The notes under the pieces were generated by a model that saw only the letters and a program-made list of their open reading frames with translations, was not told where the DNA came from and searched no databases. A stretch of 64,000 bases of DNA, taken from NCBI GenBank assembly GCA_017499595.2, contig CM038999.1:3162001-3226000 (forward strand), in the 5' to 3' direction. Origin of the DNA: Psilocybe cubensis (taxonomy: Eukaryota). How positions within the stretch are numbered: the first letter of the stretch is position 1; every line of letters begins with the position of its first letter. Shown here piece after piece: positions 1 to 13,760 of this stretch. Made by a program: the position numbers and the translations under genes.

Positions 1-1170
1 TTTTAGCTGGGAGCCTGGGTAGTCTTTCATTGACCTTGTGGTTTACCCCCGTTCTGTGTGTAACCCTGATATTTTTTTAAACTTCTGATATATTCATGCT
101 CAATTGAATTGGTTACAGATGGACTTTCCCTAGCTTCCTAAACAACTTGGTATGTCGTCACGACGTCATTCTGTCGAAATTGTTCAGAATGCTAATCCAT
201 CACACAGAGAGCCGAAGGAGTTGACACTGAAACCATCGTTAGGCTGACTAAATTTTCTGAACTTAATGTATGTCAAACTCACTTGAGTTGTTGATCTTCA
301 GGACTGAACCATTTATCAGTTGATTCGCGTTGTCTTCCGATTCTTGTTCACTGTTCCATTGCTGATCTTGGGAGTCGATGGCGTTCGTCCACACAATCAC
401 GTAAACGAAAGCATGCTATGGACAGGTTCGTAATGCCGATTAATGGTTGTGGAAAACAAAAATCTTCTAACGCTCAATTTTATAGATTTCTTGACCACCG
501 TTGCGGGTCTTGGCTGCTGCATTTCCTCCGGTATCACACTTGTTGTATGTCACGCTCCTTGAATGGATCCTTCCTTCATAACCTTATCCATGATTTCAGA
601 TTTTCTTCCCCAGGTCCATCGAGGGTGAAATTGCGGCGCGCGACGCTGCGAAGGAACGCAAGCGAACCCGATCAGCTGGGTACTCGGCCAGTGCGGCGGA
701 CATGGATTCACTACACAGGCAACCGACCACCTTCCAAAATAATCAGGTTTCTACCGGCGGCACTTACCTGCTCACCTCGTCGCCAGTCAAGCAGACGCTG
801 AGTCTCGATGGACATCATGATCAAAGCAACGACATTGCCTTCCATATTGGTCATAACACCTGGGACAACTTCGACGAAGAGCGTGATATCCCTGCGGCTT
901 TGCCTGCAATGAAACCCCTTCGGAAGAAACAAGGTCATGACATAGAAATGAGCACCGTGGATACGTTGTCAGAGAGCAACCTCTCTGCCCACAACTTGAG
1001 AGTGTCAGGTGTCAATCCTATGATTTCGAACTTTAGGTCACCAATTGGTCAGTCTTTGATTAACGATGATTGCTGTTGCTAGTTATTAAACAGGCCTTTT
1101 TATAGACTTCCGTGGGGTTGATGCAAGCGGAAACAATTCGCGTTTGACCTTCTCGAGTCGCAAGACATAA
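1..1170 (+). CDS. 3' part of an uncharacterised multi-pass membrane protein (spliced; begins before the window)
   Basis: GT-AG introns join hydrophobic exons (IRVVFRFLFTVPLLILGVDG; DFLTTVAGLGCCISSGITLV) to an exon at 600 (IFFPRSIEGEIAARD...) that runs in frame into ORF 702-1082. The last exon ends TAA at 1168-1170. Confidence 0.65.
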
Positions 1171-1662
1171 AATAGATCGTCGAAATTATTAACGGTTCAA
1201 AACTATTTACCATCACATCACAATGTCTATTTCTATGTTTCTCTACAAACTGCTGTCAGTCTCGCGCCTGGGAATGTAGCTACTACTATCACTACTGTCA
1301 CAACTTGACAATCGTACACTCCTTATCAAATACGTTTTTGTATTTCTACCATATACCATTGCATATTTACTTTATCGTTGAATTTATTTGTTGTCCCTTT
1401 TTATACCTACCCCAGGTTCCTTCGAAGCATGTGTGATTTTTTATCTCGATTGTTACCTATGACGTTGTAGCCCATTTGTTAGCACAGCGTCCAACGTCCA
1501 AGCCTTCCATGGAATGAGAGTCTACGGATGACCGGGCCGGTTCTCCGGACTTCCTAGAATCTTCAAGACTGTACTTCGACCATACCGACAACATAACAGA
1601 CTCCTAACCGATCTTTAATCGTCCCTATTCTTTCGTCGCCGATCCTTGGTTAAAACAATACT

Positions 1663-2260
1663 ATGTGGTAAGTATAGTTCTACTGCTTTTCTCTCTCTGC
1701 CTCTCCTACAAAGTTCATCAGCTGGATTCTCCCAGTACCAGCGTGATTGAACCATTTCACAACTAGCTGATGCGAACCTTCACAGCAAACACATCTTGAA
1801 CGCCCAGGTGTCCATTCGAGCACCATGTTGCAAACAGTGGTATGACTGTCCTGAATGCCACGCCGAATCTCAGTCGCATAAACTGGCAAAGACCACCGAG
1901 ATGGTGTTCATGTGCAAGAAATGCAAAAAGGCCTTTAGAAAGGACATGACTGTGTACGAAGAGAGCGACGAATTTTGTCCACATTGCGATAATCACTACG
2001 TGTGTTTCTATGCATTGTCACTTGTGTATTTTTACTGACTAATCTCCCAAGGTTATCGAGGCAAAGACGCCTCAAGCCGTACTTGCGGTTGAAGGTGAAG
2101 ATGCAAGAGTGGATGCTCGGTACGACCTTTCTTCCTTGTACATCCATACCTTCTCTTACCCGACGTGAACAGCATGCTCAAAGACGATCGCATGAAGCAA
2201 ATTCAAAAACAATCAGTCTTCGATTTAGATGACGACGATTTTGTAGATCGCCTAGGGTAA
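1663..2260 (+). CDS. CHY-type zinc finger protein, 4 exons
   Basis: Exons 1663-1667, 1786-1999, 2052-2119 and 2173-2260 give MCKHILNAQVSIRAPCCKQWYDCPECH...CKKCKK...CPHCDNHY, the CHY Cys/His pattern. Confidence 0.85.
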
Positions 2261-2815
2261 TACACACTCGTGGAATGAAATGGCACACATACCCACAGTA
2301 TGCGCGACAAAAAAGACATCTACAAGAACTACGCAAATGTTTCGCAAACTTTCAGGATCCTTCCGATGCTAGCTTTCTAAATGCTTTCATCTTGCCCCAT
2401 GGACGAAAAATACCTCCTGTCGGGTAAAGGTACCCACTCAGTGAAACAAAAGTACGACGGGGTAAAATGGTTAAACCTATCAAGGAACCCCGCTCAGGTC
2501 TAGTGGTTGAGGCTTTTGCTGAGTCAGGCATTAAATCCAGCTGAATGTATTCGGTTGCTTGCCCTCCGTATATAAGTTCATGGTGTCGAAATACCCGTTC
2601 AAGTATCGGAAATGACTTTCTTTGTCCATTGTTGCGTGACTTTCTTTTACATTTGTCCAACATACTTACGGTCAGAGCTAGCACGTCCGAGCACGCCGGA
2701 AAATGATGCATTTTGACGATATTGTTATTTGTGTACACATTCAACTTCACCGAATCCACACAGTGGCGCTGAAGGCTGACGTATCACACCCAAACAACCA
2801 TATTCGACGTAAGAA

Positions 2816-5751
2816 TCAGTTCCAATTATATTGTGCATACAGCCCTAGAACCTCGTTAGATAAAACCGAGCTGTACAACGACACGTCGGCGGTGACGAAA
2901 GTTTTGTCCGTTTGCACTGAGTTAAGGATCTGTAACAGATCCGTTTCAATGAAGGACACAAAGATGAGGTCGATTGGCGCGTCGTCAGCCACTACCGGGG
3001 GAATGGAACTGATGAATTCTGGGATCGAGTACGAAGGTAATGGCGCATGGAGAATGTCGTCCCCGACCCCTGGGCAAGCCTGTTTGAAAGTCATCCAATT
3101 AGGTCGGTCAGGAATAGGATTCAACGAACTGGAATCTCACATCGGTGGTCACGTAACCCAGTGTCAAGTTCTGCGCTGCCCTTCGCTCAAGCCCACCTCT
3201 TCTGTCCTGCTCTGCCAGCCAGCGATTATAAATCATATCAACATAACCACTCCCATAAAGTTCACGCTCTCTTGACTTCAAAAGACCTCGACTTTGGTTT
3301 TCACCGGCGTCGTTGAGACCTTGGAGAACTTTGCTGGCCACGGAAAAAGGCACGTTAGGTATAAACAAAAATGTATTGACGAAGGGTGAAGCTGTTAACT
3401 GGTCGTTCCTGGTAAATGGGCCTGAATAGATGTCGAATCTCTGCGCGCCGGAGTTGGTAATCACAAGGTTAGGTATTGAGGCTCTGGTGTTGTTGATAGC
3501 CAGTGCGGCGGGGACGGCCTGGATATCCTGTCAGAACATGACACTTTTGTTCAAGGCTAACAAGCTCGCACATTTTCGATATATAGGCTAAGAAGGCTAC
3601 CATTGGACGGGAATGGTGCCCTGATTGAATACCATCCTGTGAGACAGACGTGCAACAGCAAATGATATTTGGCTTACTGGCTGATCGTGAAATCGTGTGG
3701 AGCAATTCCAAACTGGAAGGAAAGGTCGAATTTCTCCGCCAATTGCTTCAAACCCATGGTTATGTTCTCTCCTTGAAGGGTATCATAATCAAATTCGTTC
3801 TTCCCGGTGTGGAACTAATTATGAAAGTTCAGTATTTATGGTCAATCAATACTAAAGGAACTCAAACTTTCCTGGAAGGTGGCACGATTTGGGTCCAGAT
3901 ACCTGCGGCTGAACGTAATATTTTCTTTACTGCCCTGATGATCTAATTTGGCACCTGCATTTTAGATGAGTTATGGCTTTCAATTCTGAAGATTTACACT
4001 ACTAACTCATCCATCCTGTCCAAGAGAGTACTGAGTCGGTGCCAGTCAGGTAAGAGTACTGGACTTACCTATAGTTTCCATATACCTTCCACTTTCCAGA
4101 GACATAGAACGGCCATCAAGTTGAACTGTAAGAATTTTGGGAAATTTTAATATAGATGCCAGAGCTACACTGGTGAAATGGAAACATACGGCAATCACGG
4201 ATATGTGTGTGTCCTACAAAGGTATATCAACGGTGAGGAGGATTCTCTGGTTTGATAAGGATAGAGACATGCCACCAAAAATAAGAATTGGCGTTGTGGG
4301 GTGAACAGCACGAACAGCGTTAAAGACGATGGACCCTAGATATGCAGTCAATAAACGGGAAATATAATATTTTTCTAACAAACCCACATTCAGAGTCAAG
4401 GTCAATTGGCATATGCCTAAATTAAAACCCAGTTCTGGTATTTAAAGTTGTCGCAAAGGAGATTATTCTCACCCAACAAGCAAGAAAAAATCCGGTTCTT
4501 CTTCAATTGCATCTACAAACTAGGGAATGCGGTAAGATTGAATGAAATAAGGCTAAAGATATTAATCGAACCCAGTTTTCTTTGACCATGTCGGAAACCT
4601 TCTGGATTGTCGTATTGTGGCTGTTCCTAGTGAAGTTGAACAAAACACCAAGAGATGTGACTTTTCGGCCCCTATGTCATTCACCATGAATGATTCGATA
4701 AAACACTGGAAACAACTGCGTACTTTCTGGTCTTGAATTTCGCAAACCGTTCTGGCAGCAGATCAAACGATGTTCCAACTTTTGGGAGGTCGTAGACGCA
4801 CCTCCAACAGGGACGCTAACTGCTTGTCCGTTCTCGTTGAAAACAGTGATATTGGCGTTTGAGGAGAGGTACCGTCCCTTCAAGCTCGGTGCGAAGTTAC
4901 GGTGCCTTAAGATTAAACTTTCAGAAAATAGCAATTGAATTACCTGAAAACAGCTTACATGTCCAGAGCGTTGGCGTAGACGTACAACTCATGGCTGGAA
5001 CCGTATTGAAGTGTTGAAAATCAAGTCTTTTAAAAATGCGAAGACAATGACTGACTTTCCAATGGCCATCACATCGTATGGAAGTTGTTTGATGAATTGG
5101 TTGGCCTAAAGAAATTATCAGTATAAGAAAACCAGGATATCTAGAGTCACAAAAAGCCGTACATCATGCGCATCTATTCCACCAGCAGGAAACCCATCTG
5201 TCAAGCCAGTACCTGGAGACATGAATAATCACCAAGGGAATAAACTTCATCAATTTGGGTATAAAGCCCCTACCATCGTGGAGGTCACCAGAATCGACGA
5301 GTAATAGATCCACGTCGCGTTCCTTTGCAGCGTTATGAGTCATTTCACCAAGGACACCATATAAACACATCACACACGATGGCAATTTCTTTCATGTGCG
5401 CAACAAAAGACGCGAAATCTCCCAAGGTGCCACTGCAAATACCCAAATGAATCAAGGGTTCCGATCACAGACTCATGAAAGCTCTTCGATATTAACGTAC
5501 CTGTAATTAGGCTCCGGGTAGGATGTTTTCTGGTGGCCAAGAAGCCATCCATGACTGTCGGTGGTGTGGATGATGTTGATATCTCCCCAGTCGAGCTGGC
5601 GAGTCGGAGGAGGTAACGGGATAGATGGAGTAAACACCTTGGCGTGAAACTGAGTATGTCCATCCTCGCAGGCAGTAGCACTAGAAACCGCCGCTGCCAG
5701 TAACGCAACCAGCCCTAGACTCGGAGAAAAGCTAGGAATGAACATGGGCAT
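2816..5751 (-). CDS. secreted calcineurin-like metallophosphoesterase / 5'-nucleotidase family (YHR202W-like), paralogue 1
   Basis: Signal peptide followed by [28 protein letters not shown] and GGHTH motifs over many short exons. Ends ...[13 protein letters not shown]. Confidence 0.85.
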
Positions 5752-6260
5752 AGCTCTGACCCGTCAAGAATCACAAAGCCTGCACCTCCTGTAAGAGGGG
5801 AACTATGGAAGCGGTCGACCTGTAACCGTAAGCTAGCAGCTTCATTGTGTTTGAACTTCGCGTATTGTTCGTCTAGCTCTTTGGGGATATCATGACATGA
5901 TGATACGACGGATCAAAAAGTCATTATCCACACTTCCGATAAGATTATTAGGGTGAGTGTATATATTACTCAGAAAAATGAATGTGTAATGGATCGTATA
6001 CATATCGTTTTGCATCTGCAAATTAACTTTGAGATGCACTGTTTTTTATCCCTGTCAGTGAAACTGAAAAAGTATGGAAGGCAGCCTCAATATATTTGCT
6101 TTGCGTCACCTTGTATAGTCAGTGGTCACAGGAGAATTCGACAAGAAGCGTTATTGATTCATATTGTCAACATCATATCGATACATTTGAATTCACGCAA
6201 CTACTACAGCGGCACATAGTAGTCGCGTCGCCTACAACCAACCATATCCAAACGCACGGA

Positions 6261-6303
6261 TCAATTCCAAGCTCTTTGGGCAAACAAGCCAAGGGCTTCG
6301 TTA
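6261..6303 (-). pseudogene. detached last 13 codons plus stop of metallophosphoesterase paralogue 2
   Basis: The reverse strand reads NEALGLFAQRAWN*, matching the C-termini of paralogues 1 ([13 protein letters not shown]) and 3 ([13 protein letters not shown]). It joins in frame to 17508 when the insertion is removed. Confidence 0.9.
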
Positions 6304-6556
6304 CACGGCGGGACCTTCGCCACTGTTTTTTTGGCGTCGATCGGAGTTACAAATAAATACGTTTAGATTTACAAAATAAAACCAAATTTAATACTGAAAA
6401 TTAGCATCCGTCGGCGATGTGTTTAGCCGCGTTAAAAATCACAAAATAACCAGTGCGTCAATGAGTCTCTGTTTTATAGCTTCAAATCCACTTCCTTACC
6501 ACAGTCGTGTTCTGATTCTTTTTTTTTGTGGCAGCTAATTTGACGGCAGCCTAATA

Positions 6557-9500
6557 ATGGTCTTCGGCATTGACCCTGCTGGTTAGTGACATCACTCTCG
6601 GTCCACCTTACTACTCGGCTGAATTAAGAATAGTCGTTCAACGACAAGTTGTACACGGTCAAACACTCTATTATTGCCGGGTCTGTCAAGATACAAAAGG
6701 TCGCCAAAAACACCACCTCAATGAGCACTTCAACACCACAAAACACCAAACAGCTCTGCAGGCATTTCATACCAAAGAGAAATCCTCTGCTTCTTCACAA
6801 ACCTCGTTGCCACCGGTTAACAAGTCCCTTTTGTTAGAGGACGCCTTACGTGCAATTCTTGTGTCTGCATCTCGTCAACCACACCAGCCTTTGTATCCTG
6901 CCAATGACCCTCGCCTTTCTAGGGTCTCGGCTGCACCTTCTTCAACCACTTTGTCGACGGTCTCTCCACTCACCAGGATTGACTGGAATCTATTCAACGA
7001 TGATGAAATTATGTCGGATCCATCTCCCATCGACTTTGCGTCTGCCCAAATATGTCAAGCTACTCTGGATTTTCTAAATTCTAATAACGAGAGTGATGGA
7101 TCTGATGATGGTGGTGGCAGTCCTCCGCTTTCTGAGAGTAGCAATGAGCAAGCCAATTCAGGTGTGTAACGTCTAAATAGCGCATATTGTTTGAGTCCTT
7201 AACTTTTAATCAGACACTGAACAAGTTGATAATGAATCTTTGCCCCGAAAACGTATGCGCGGTATTCACACCGACCCGGCTGAAGCTCGAAAATGGTATC
7301 TGTGGATTGATAAAATTGTGAGTCTTTGCCTGCCATCGGTTAGATTTTCTGCTCAATCAATAAATCAGACTTGTTCTCTTGATGTTTTGATGCACCTTCC
7401 ACGATCACTATTTTCACGTCGTCAGCTGGATTTATTTCTCTGGCTACTGCGTATCAATGGCGTCAACGATGTGCCTAGCGTTAAGGCTATGCAAGGCATT
7501 AACAAGGCATTGCAGAATTTGTGTGGAATTGAGACGAAGGAGTACAAGGGCAAGCTGGGCAATGTATACTTTGTAAATTCTCTGTCTCAAATTCTTGCCC
7601 AGGTATGAATCTATATGTTACAAATGAATACTTTTGATTTCTAACCAATCTGAATAGGAAATGTCTAATCCTCAAGTCCGACCGTTCCTTTACTTCTATC
7701 CTGAAGATACGGGCAAATCGATTAGCGAAACCTATCAAGCTTCGGGTTGGCTGCGTGAAATCAATCCTGAGGATGGTACTCCAATGATACGGCTCAATAA
7801 TAATGATTTTTTCATCTTTGAACCAACTATGCTGATTGATGGACGTTGCTGCATTCCTATTCAATGGTTTCTCCGAGAAGGTGTATTTTATGCCAAAGCC
7901 TGGCTTATGGAAGATACTCCTAGTGGTTGGGTTGTGTCCGAAGATCGCGAAATCAAAATCACGCAAAGCCAATTGCTAAAGAATTTTATTCAGTTGTCAA
8001 AGGATCACTTGTTGTATAACTTGTCACACCCTTCACGAATATTTGGTATGGACTATATTTTATATATTTTATTCAATTTCTTATAAGTAAACAGGTGTGC
8101 GATCCATTCGGGGCCTGGGCTGTCGAAATGGACACGTACAGATCCTACTATTGGCAATCGTTGGCGTGTATTAGCAAAGGGATACCGAGTCTATTCTCTG
8201 CCGCTATGGATGTACTGTGACGATACGTCGGGAAACCAGTCCAAGAAGTGGAATAAGCACAACAGCTACCTATTTATTCTAGCTGGTCTTCCTCGCAAAA
8301 AGAGTTCACAAGAATACAATATCCATTTTCTATGCACTTCAGATATTGCGCCACCTCTAGAAATGCTTGATGGTGTGGTTGATCAACTTCAGTAAGTTGT
8401 CACTATCTTATATTTGCTGCACATATTCTAATCATTTTAACTTTAGATTGGCTCAAAAACATGGTATTTGGGTATGGGACTGTATACACAAAGAGGCCGT
8501 TATGATTTTTCCACCTGTATTTGCACTTCTGGGTGACAACCCTATGCATAGCGAGTTTGCTTGTCATATTGGAATGCAAGGGAAATATTTTTGCCAGATT
8601 TGCTGGGCCAAAGGAGTTGACAGTCAAGAATGCCCACACAAAAATCTTCCACATGACAGTTGTGCTCGACCCAACTTTCCTACCCTTTCAATCCATAGTG
8701 ATGTTGATTCTGAAGATACCTTCACACGGCCTTCTCACAAACGGCGGAGGTACAAGGAGTCTATGGAGTCAATGCTTCGAAGGGTTAGTGATTTTATAAA
8801 GGTGCGTAAAAGTTGTTTTATAACAATTTATATTTTAATCACCTTTGATTCTAAGATTGGCAAACCGCGTCGCAAGAAAGAGACTATGGCTACTCTTGAC
8901 TCTTTTTTGGAGCAAGCTAAGATGATTGGCACAAAATCAAAACTTAGAGCTGCAAAAACGGAAACTGGCATCAAGGATGTTTTCCAGGACTTCTTTATTG
9001 AAAAGCTTTTCAAATCTTATAAGGGAAAAGTTTCTACTCAGGCAAAGGAAAAAGCTCTTAAAGCGGCTGTCGATAAGCTTCCTGGAGACATCAAAAGTCC
9101 CGTATGGAAACTTGGTGCGATTGAAATATTTTGCTTTAATTTACTAGCTAAATCTATATTCCAGGCTTGGATCCTCATCAGGACACTCCCGTCAAAATTC
9201 TGCATGTTGTATTGCTGGGTTTCGTTAAATATTTTTGGAGAGACCTAGTTCAAAATCAGGTTACTCCTGCTAAAAAGCAAACTTTGATTATTCGTTTAAA
9301 CAGCCTCAGTGTGGCAGGTCTAGGTATACCCACATTAAATGGCTCCACACTAGTGAACTATGCCGGGTCACTAACTGGTCGCGATTTCCGAATTATTGCT
9401 CAAGTAGCGCCATTTGTCATCTACAACATGGTTTCTCAGGAGGTTTATGATGCATGGGTGTCCCTATCTACGTTAGTTCCAGTTATTTGGCAGCCAGCAA

Positions 9501-10971
9501 TCTCTAACATTGATGAGTACCTGGTGCGTCTTCATTGTGTCTTTCTTTAAATTGTTTTATTAAATTAAATCATGTTTTAGCCCAGATTAGAGGCCGACAT
9601 CAAATACTTTTTGTTGAAAACGGCAACATGGACCTGCGCGTGGTTTAACAAAACCAAATTTCACATTATTCTTCATCTTCCAGAACATGTCCGTCGGTTT
9701 GGGCCAGCAATATTGTTTGCCACGGAATCGTTTGAGTCATTCAATGCTATTATCCGTGCAAAAAGCATTCACAGTAATCACCAAGCACCTTCACATGATA
9801 TTGCCCGTGGCTTTGCGCAAGGCAATCGGATTCGCCATCTTCTTAGTGGTGGTTTTTTTCTTCCACAAGAGCTTTATCAGTCTTGGAAAAAGGATCCAAC
9901 AAATGTGGCTAATTCAGAGTGGCGCACTGCTGGACCTGGAGGTCTTCACCTTATTGATGCTCCAGACTCAACACCAGCTAGCTATTTGGGACTGCAGAAA
10001 CCTGCTGCCAGTAAGGCTGGTAAGTTATATTTACAAATCTATACTACTAGTGAGCGGTCTAATGCAATGGCCTAGGTTCATGCAAATCTAATGGCACAGA
10101 TCCTCAACCATTTCATCGCACATTATGTGGCCAAAAGCTTCCCAACATTGTGCTCAATACTGCAGCCAGCCAACAACTGTATGTAACCAATTCCCAGGTC
10201 TATCTGAGAAACGAGGATCTATGCACCATAGGACAGTTTGTCATTGCCCAAATTCATCCATCCCAGCCGCCTCTGATAGGGTGTGTTCGAGAGATCTTGC
10301 AGCAGGTTGGCTCTCCAAACCATCTTCAAAACCGGCCCGATGGTATTCTTATTCAAACAGCTTTACACCAACCGCCGTCGCACATATTGCCTGCTGGACA
10401 ACTGCAGCCAGTTTTTATGCTCCGTCTGATTCTTCAGCAGGAATGGTCCTTCATTCCGTGGAGTTGCCTTCTTTGCACCGTAAATACTCAACATGACTGT
10501 CAACGTCATGGATGCCAGGCAAATGGGCTACAATACATCTATCAAGAGCAAATACAAACTGATCAGACTAAGGCAACAATACTGCATCAAAACTCATTGG
10601 ATGATATGCTCCTCCTCAATATGTGTCAAATGCGCGATGCTGCTCATCTCCAAAGTTTTCACCTCCACTCTGCCCCGTTAAACGAAGATGCTATAATTCA
10701 AAGAAGTGTGGCTCAAGCCATTGTTCAACGGAAGGTAGGAGAAGCCTCCCAATCAAGTACTTCCAAACCAACCAAAACACCAACAGCCGCCTTGAGACAA
10801 CATGCCCAGAGCCCCTTGGGCACCCCTACTCTAGCAGCCACACCTTCTGGGGGTGTCAGTTTGCCTCAACATGCTTCAGCAGGAACATCTTCTGGAGGTG
10901 TTAGTTCACCTCGACGTAGCAGGCAAGCATCTGTGGTATATCCAGGTCAAATAACATTGGACTTTCGATAG
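6557..10971 (+). CDS. DDE transposase, CMC/EnSpm-like, with N-terminal C2H2-like zinc finger (multi-exon)
   Basis: Motifs CRVC...HFNTTKH, YCDDTSGNQSKKWNKH, LGDNPMHSEFACH...FCQIC, DPHQDTPVKILHVVLLG and KFHIILHLPEHVRRFGPAILFATESFESFN. The ORF fragments are linked by GT-AG introns. Frame continuity near 8046-8095 needs either a 42-nt intron or a 1-nt frameshift. Confidence 0.8.
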
Positions 10972-11024
10972 AAGTAAAACCATACTGTATTTATTTACTA
11001 GAATTCTACAAGAAGAATAGCAGA

Positions 11025-13497
11025 TCAAACTTGTCCAGAGACCTCAAACGCAGCTTTTGAAATAAGATCTTGTAAGGTGCACAACATGCCCAACCCCCTC
11101 TTCCATCGTGTTGGCCTAAGCTCCATTTGCTCTTGATAAAGCTTGGGGTTTGTACGTTTTAACTCCTTCTCGGTGCGGTAGCCATAATCAACCCATCTAA
11201 ACAGGCCACCTGAAGCATACTGAGTAAAGGAAGCACGCTCCTCTCCGTGTTCAATGCTGGTGTTTGAATGTTCTAGGACGGCGGACAGCATAAGGATGGT
11301 AGATCCTGCAGGGAACTCAATGGCCACTTTCAGGCCCCACACCACAAAGTGACCACCCTTTTTGGCATTGAATTTCCCTAAAGACTGGATGGCGCACCAG
11401 CCATATGGACAGTTTTTGATATCAAAATGCGGGATGGTGCAAACCACAGACCCTAGGTTGAAGGTGGCCGCCGGAAATATGCTGCGGCGAAACAGTCGGA
11501 CTAGCGTGGAGTCATTGGCGAATATCTTATCCATGTACAACTTATAGTGGTTGTACACTTTAGGGCTCCATGTAGCAAATGCACCTGTGGATGTGTTTAA
11601 AAACAGGTTCACAAAACAGGCATAGGAGTCACTTACTGCTGGCAAAACTGGCCATTTGTTGAATGCTTTCCGACTGCAAGAGCTTGGCAGTGATTTTGGG
11701 ATGGCGCTGGACGCGGTTGAGTGGAGAGTGTGTCCCTACACCGTGTGTAACGCCGATGTTGAGTGCGGGATAATGACCACGATTTTCTGAATAGTCTTTG
11801 TGTGTAAACACTGTGGTGTGTCCGGCCTCCCTCAGTAGATCAAATGCTTCCTCCGTGGCACGTTCGTATGCAGGGTCCTTAGGACGGCCTGCCAGAACCA
11901 TAAAAATACGTCCGTCTTCAGAAACAAACGGGACGGGGGTGCTATAGTGCATTAGCTTTAACTCCATCAAACTGAACAGATCAGAAGAGTTGTAACTCAC
12001 CATCTATCCCAAGGTATAATGCGGAACCCAAGGGCCTTGATGGCATCCAAGCTATATAGGTGACTTTTGTGGGGTTTTGTTGGTTTAGCACCATAGGCGC
12101 CTTGCGTGGCAGGCAAAGTGTCAAGCTTGACGTTGAGAGCCTCTGGCTGGCAGCTGGGAAGCATGCTTAAAAGACTGGGTTTTGGTGTGTGTCCGTGCTT
12201 ATTGTATTGTAACGTCCGCTGATACTTGCGGCTGCGATGACTGTTGGAAAGCCCATTGTATGGCCTTTTCAGGCTGGCGGTTTGCACGGATGGGTCTCGC
12301 TGAGGTAACGAAAGCGAAAGCTTGGTCGACGATTGCGAAGGTACAATCGGCGGTGTCAACATATTGTCAACCGATGGTGTCAACGCATCGTGGGCTGACA
12401 GCATCGACTCGCGGGTTGACGGGGTCGACGCGTTGTGGGCTGACGTCGTCGATTCGCGGGTTGACGGGATCGACACATCGTGGGCTGACGTCGTCGATTC
12501 GCGGGTTGACGGGGTCGACGCGTTATGGACTGACAGCATCGACTCGCGGGTTGACGGGGTCGACGCGTTGTGGGCTGACGTCGTCGATTCACGGGTTGAC
12601 GGGATCGACACGTCGTGGGCTGACGTCGTCGATTCGCGGGTTGATGGGGTCGACGCGTTATAGACTGACAGCATCGACTCGCGGGTTGACAGGGTCGACG
12701 CGTTGTGGGCTGACAGCATCGACTCGCAGGTTGACGGGGTCGATGCGTTGTGGGCTGACGTCGTCGATTCGCGGGTTGACGGCGTTGACACGTCGTGGAT
12801 CGACGTCATCGATTCACGGGTTGACGGGGTCGACACGTCGTGGATCAACGCCGTCGGCGTCGACGTATTGTTCGTAAACTGCATCCAGGTATCGTCCGTC
12901 GACCGATTCTTTGACGCATCGTGGATCGACGGCGTCCAGATGTTGTGAACGGATGGCGTCGACGTATCGTCGGTCGATGGAATCAAGACATCTATTGACA
13001 AGTACGTGAATGGGCAGATGACGAGTAGGCAAACATGGTGACTCACCTTGATCTAGATCTAACAAGTCTGTGTCCTCCCTTGCATCTGCTGCCCGCCAGG
13101 CAGAGATCAAGTCAAAAGCCAACGGATCCTCCCATACCTCAGGCTGACACTGGGCATACACCCTCCCAGATCATGTCTGCTTGAACAGATTTCCGATTTA
13201 AAACTTGGTATATGCATAGAAAAGTTTCCAAGGACGTACCGTATAGCGCGCCTATTGGCAGGCCGACATCTGTGCATGCAAAAACCAACGGTGAGCAGGG
13301 TTCTTGCAATCATGACACGCCCCAGCTCCTGCGTTGGCTGGCAGTTTGACAGACCCGGTCCAGGGGTGATCCCTCGCCTGGCAAGCCTCTAACCAACGCG
13401 AGAGCTGGGCCCTGTCGCGTTTCTGATATACGAACGTTTGCTTACCGGTGGGACGGGTATTTATACGAACGCGAATGAGGGGAATGTTGAACCTCAT
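11025..13497 (-). CDS. TET/JBP-family 2-oxoglutarate/Fe(II) dioxygenase; 5' exons appear to carry two stops
   Basis: Inferred exons 13497-13240, 13176-13047, 12991-12001, 11941-11637 and 11584-11025. The C-terminal domain has FPAATFN, PHFD (HxD), GGHFVVW, IEFPAGST, LEHSN (H) and ERASFTQY (RxS), the basidiomycete TET/JBP pattern. Confidence 0.85.
12387..12836 (-). repeat. 10 x 45-bp coding minisatellite (15-aa unit, e.g. ASTPSTRESTTSAHD)
   Basis: Visible in the DNA and in ORF 11997-13046. Units 5-7 recur almost exactly as units 8-10. Confidence 0.95.
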
Positions 13498-13507
13498 TAA
13501 ACAGATC

Positions 13508-13548
13508 AGGGGTCAGGTGATAGGGGTCAGGTGATAGGGGTCAGGTGA
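13508..13548. repeat. 3 x 14-bp tandem repeat AGGGGTCAGGTGAT just upstream of the TET/JBP gene
   Basis: Direct reading of the sequence. Confidence 0.9.
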
Positions 13549-13760
13549 CGTAGGTGGACGCGTTGCACCCGCGACACACTTCAACTGCTTTGACCTCAGA
13601 ACACCTGGTAATACGTCAGTCCGCTACAAACACAAACACCGCAGAGTAATGCAGGTCTCAGGAATACTACCCAGGTGCGTTATATTTCATGCATCCCTTT
13701 TGTAAGGCCAAATTGACAATATAGTATTGAAAGTGCTGCAGATTCTATTTCACAAACCGT

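Noticed and set aside
12387-12836. Regular repeat array resembling a CRISPR array
   Set aside because: The units are contiguous with no unique spacers, are in frame within a eukaryotic coding exon, and no cas genes are present.
12182-12948. Plus-strand ORFs over the minisatellite
   Set aside because: These are shadows of a stop-poor repeat. Splice signals and the dioxygenase domain support the minus strand.
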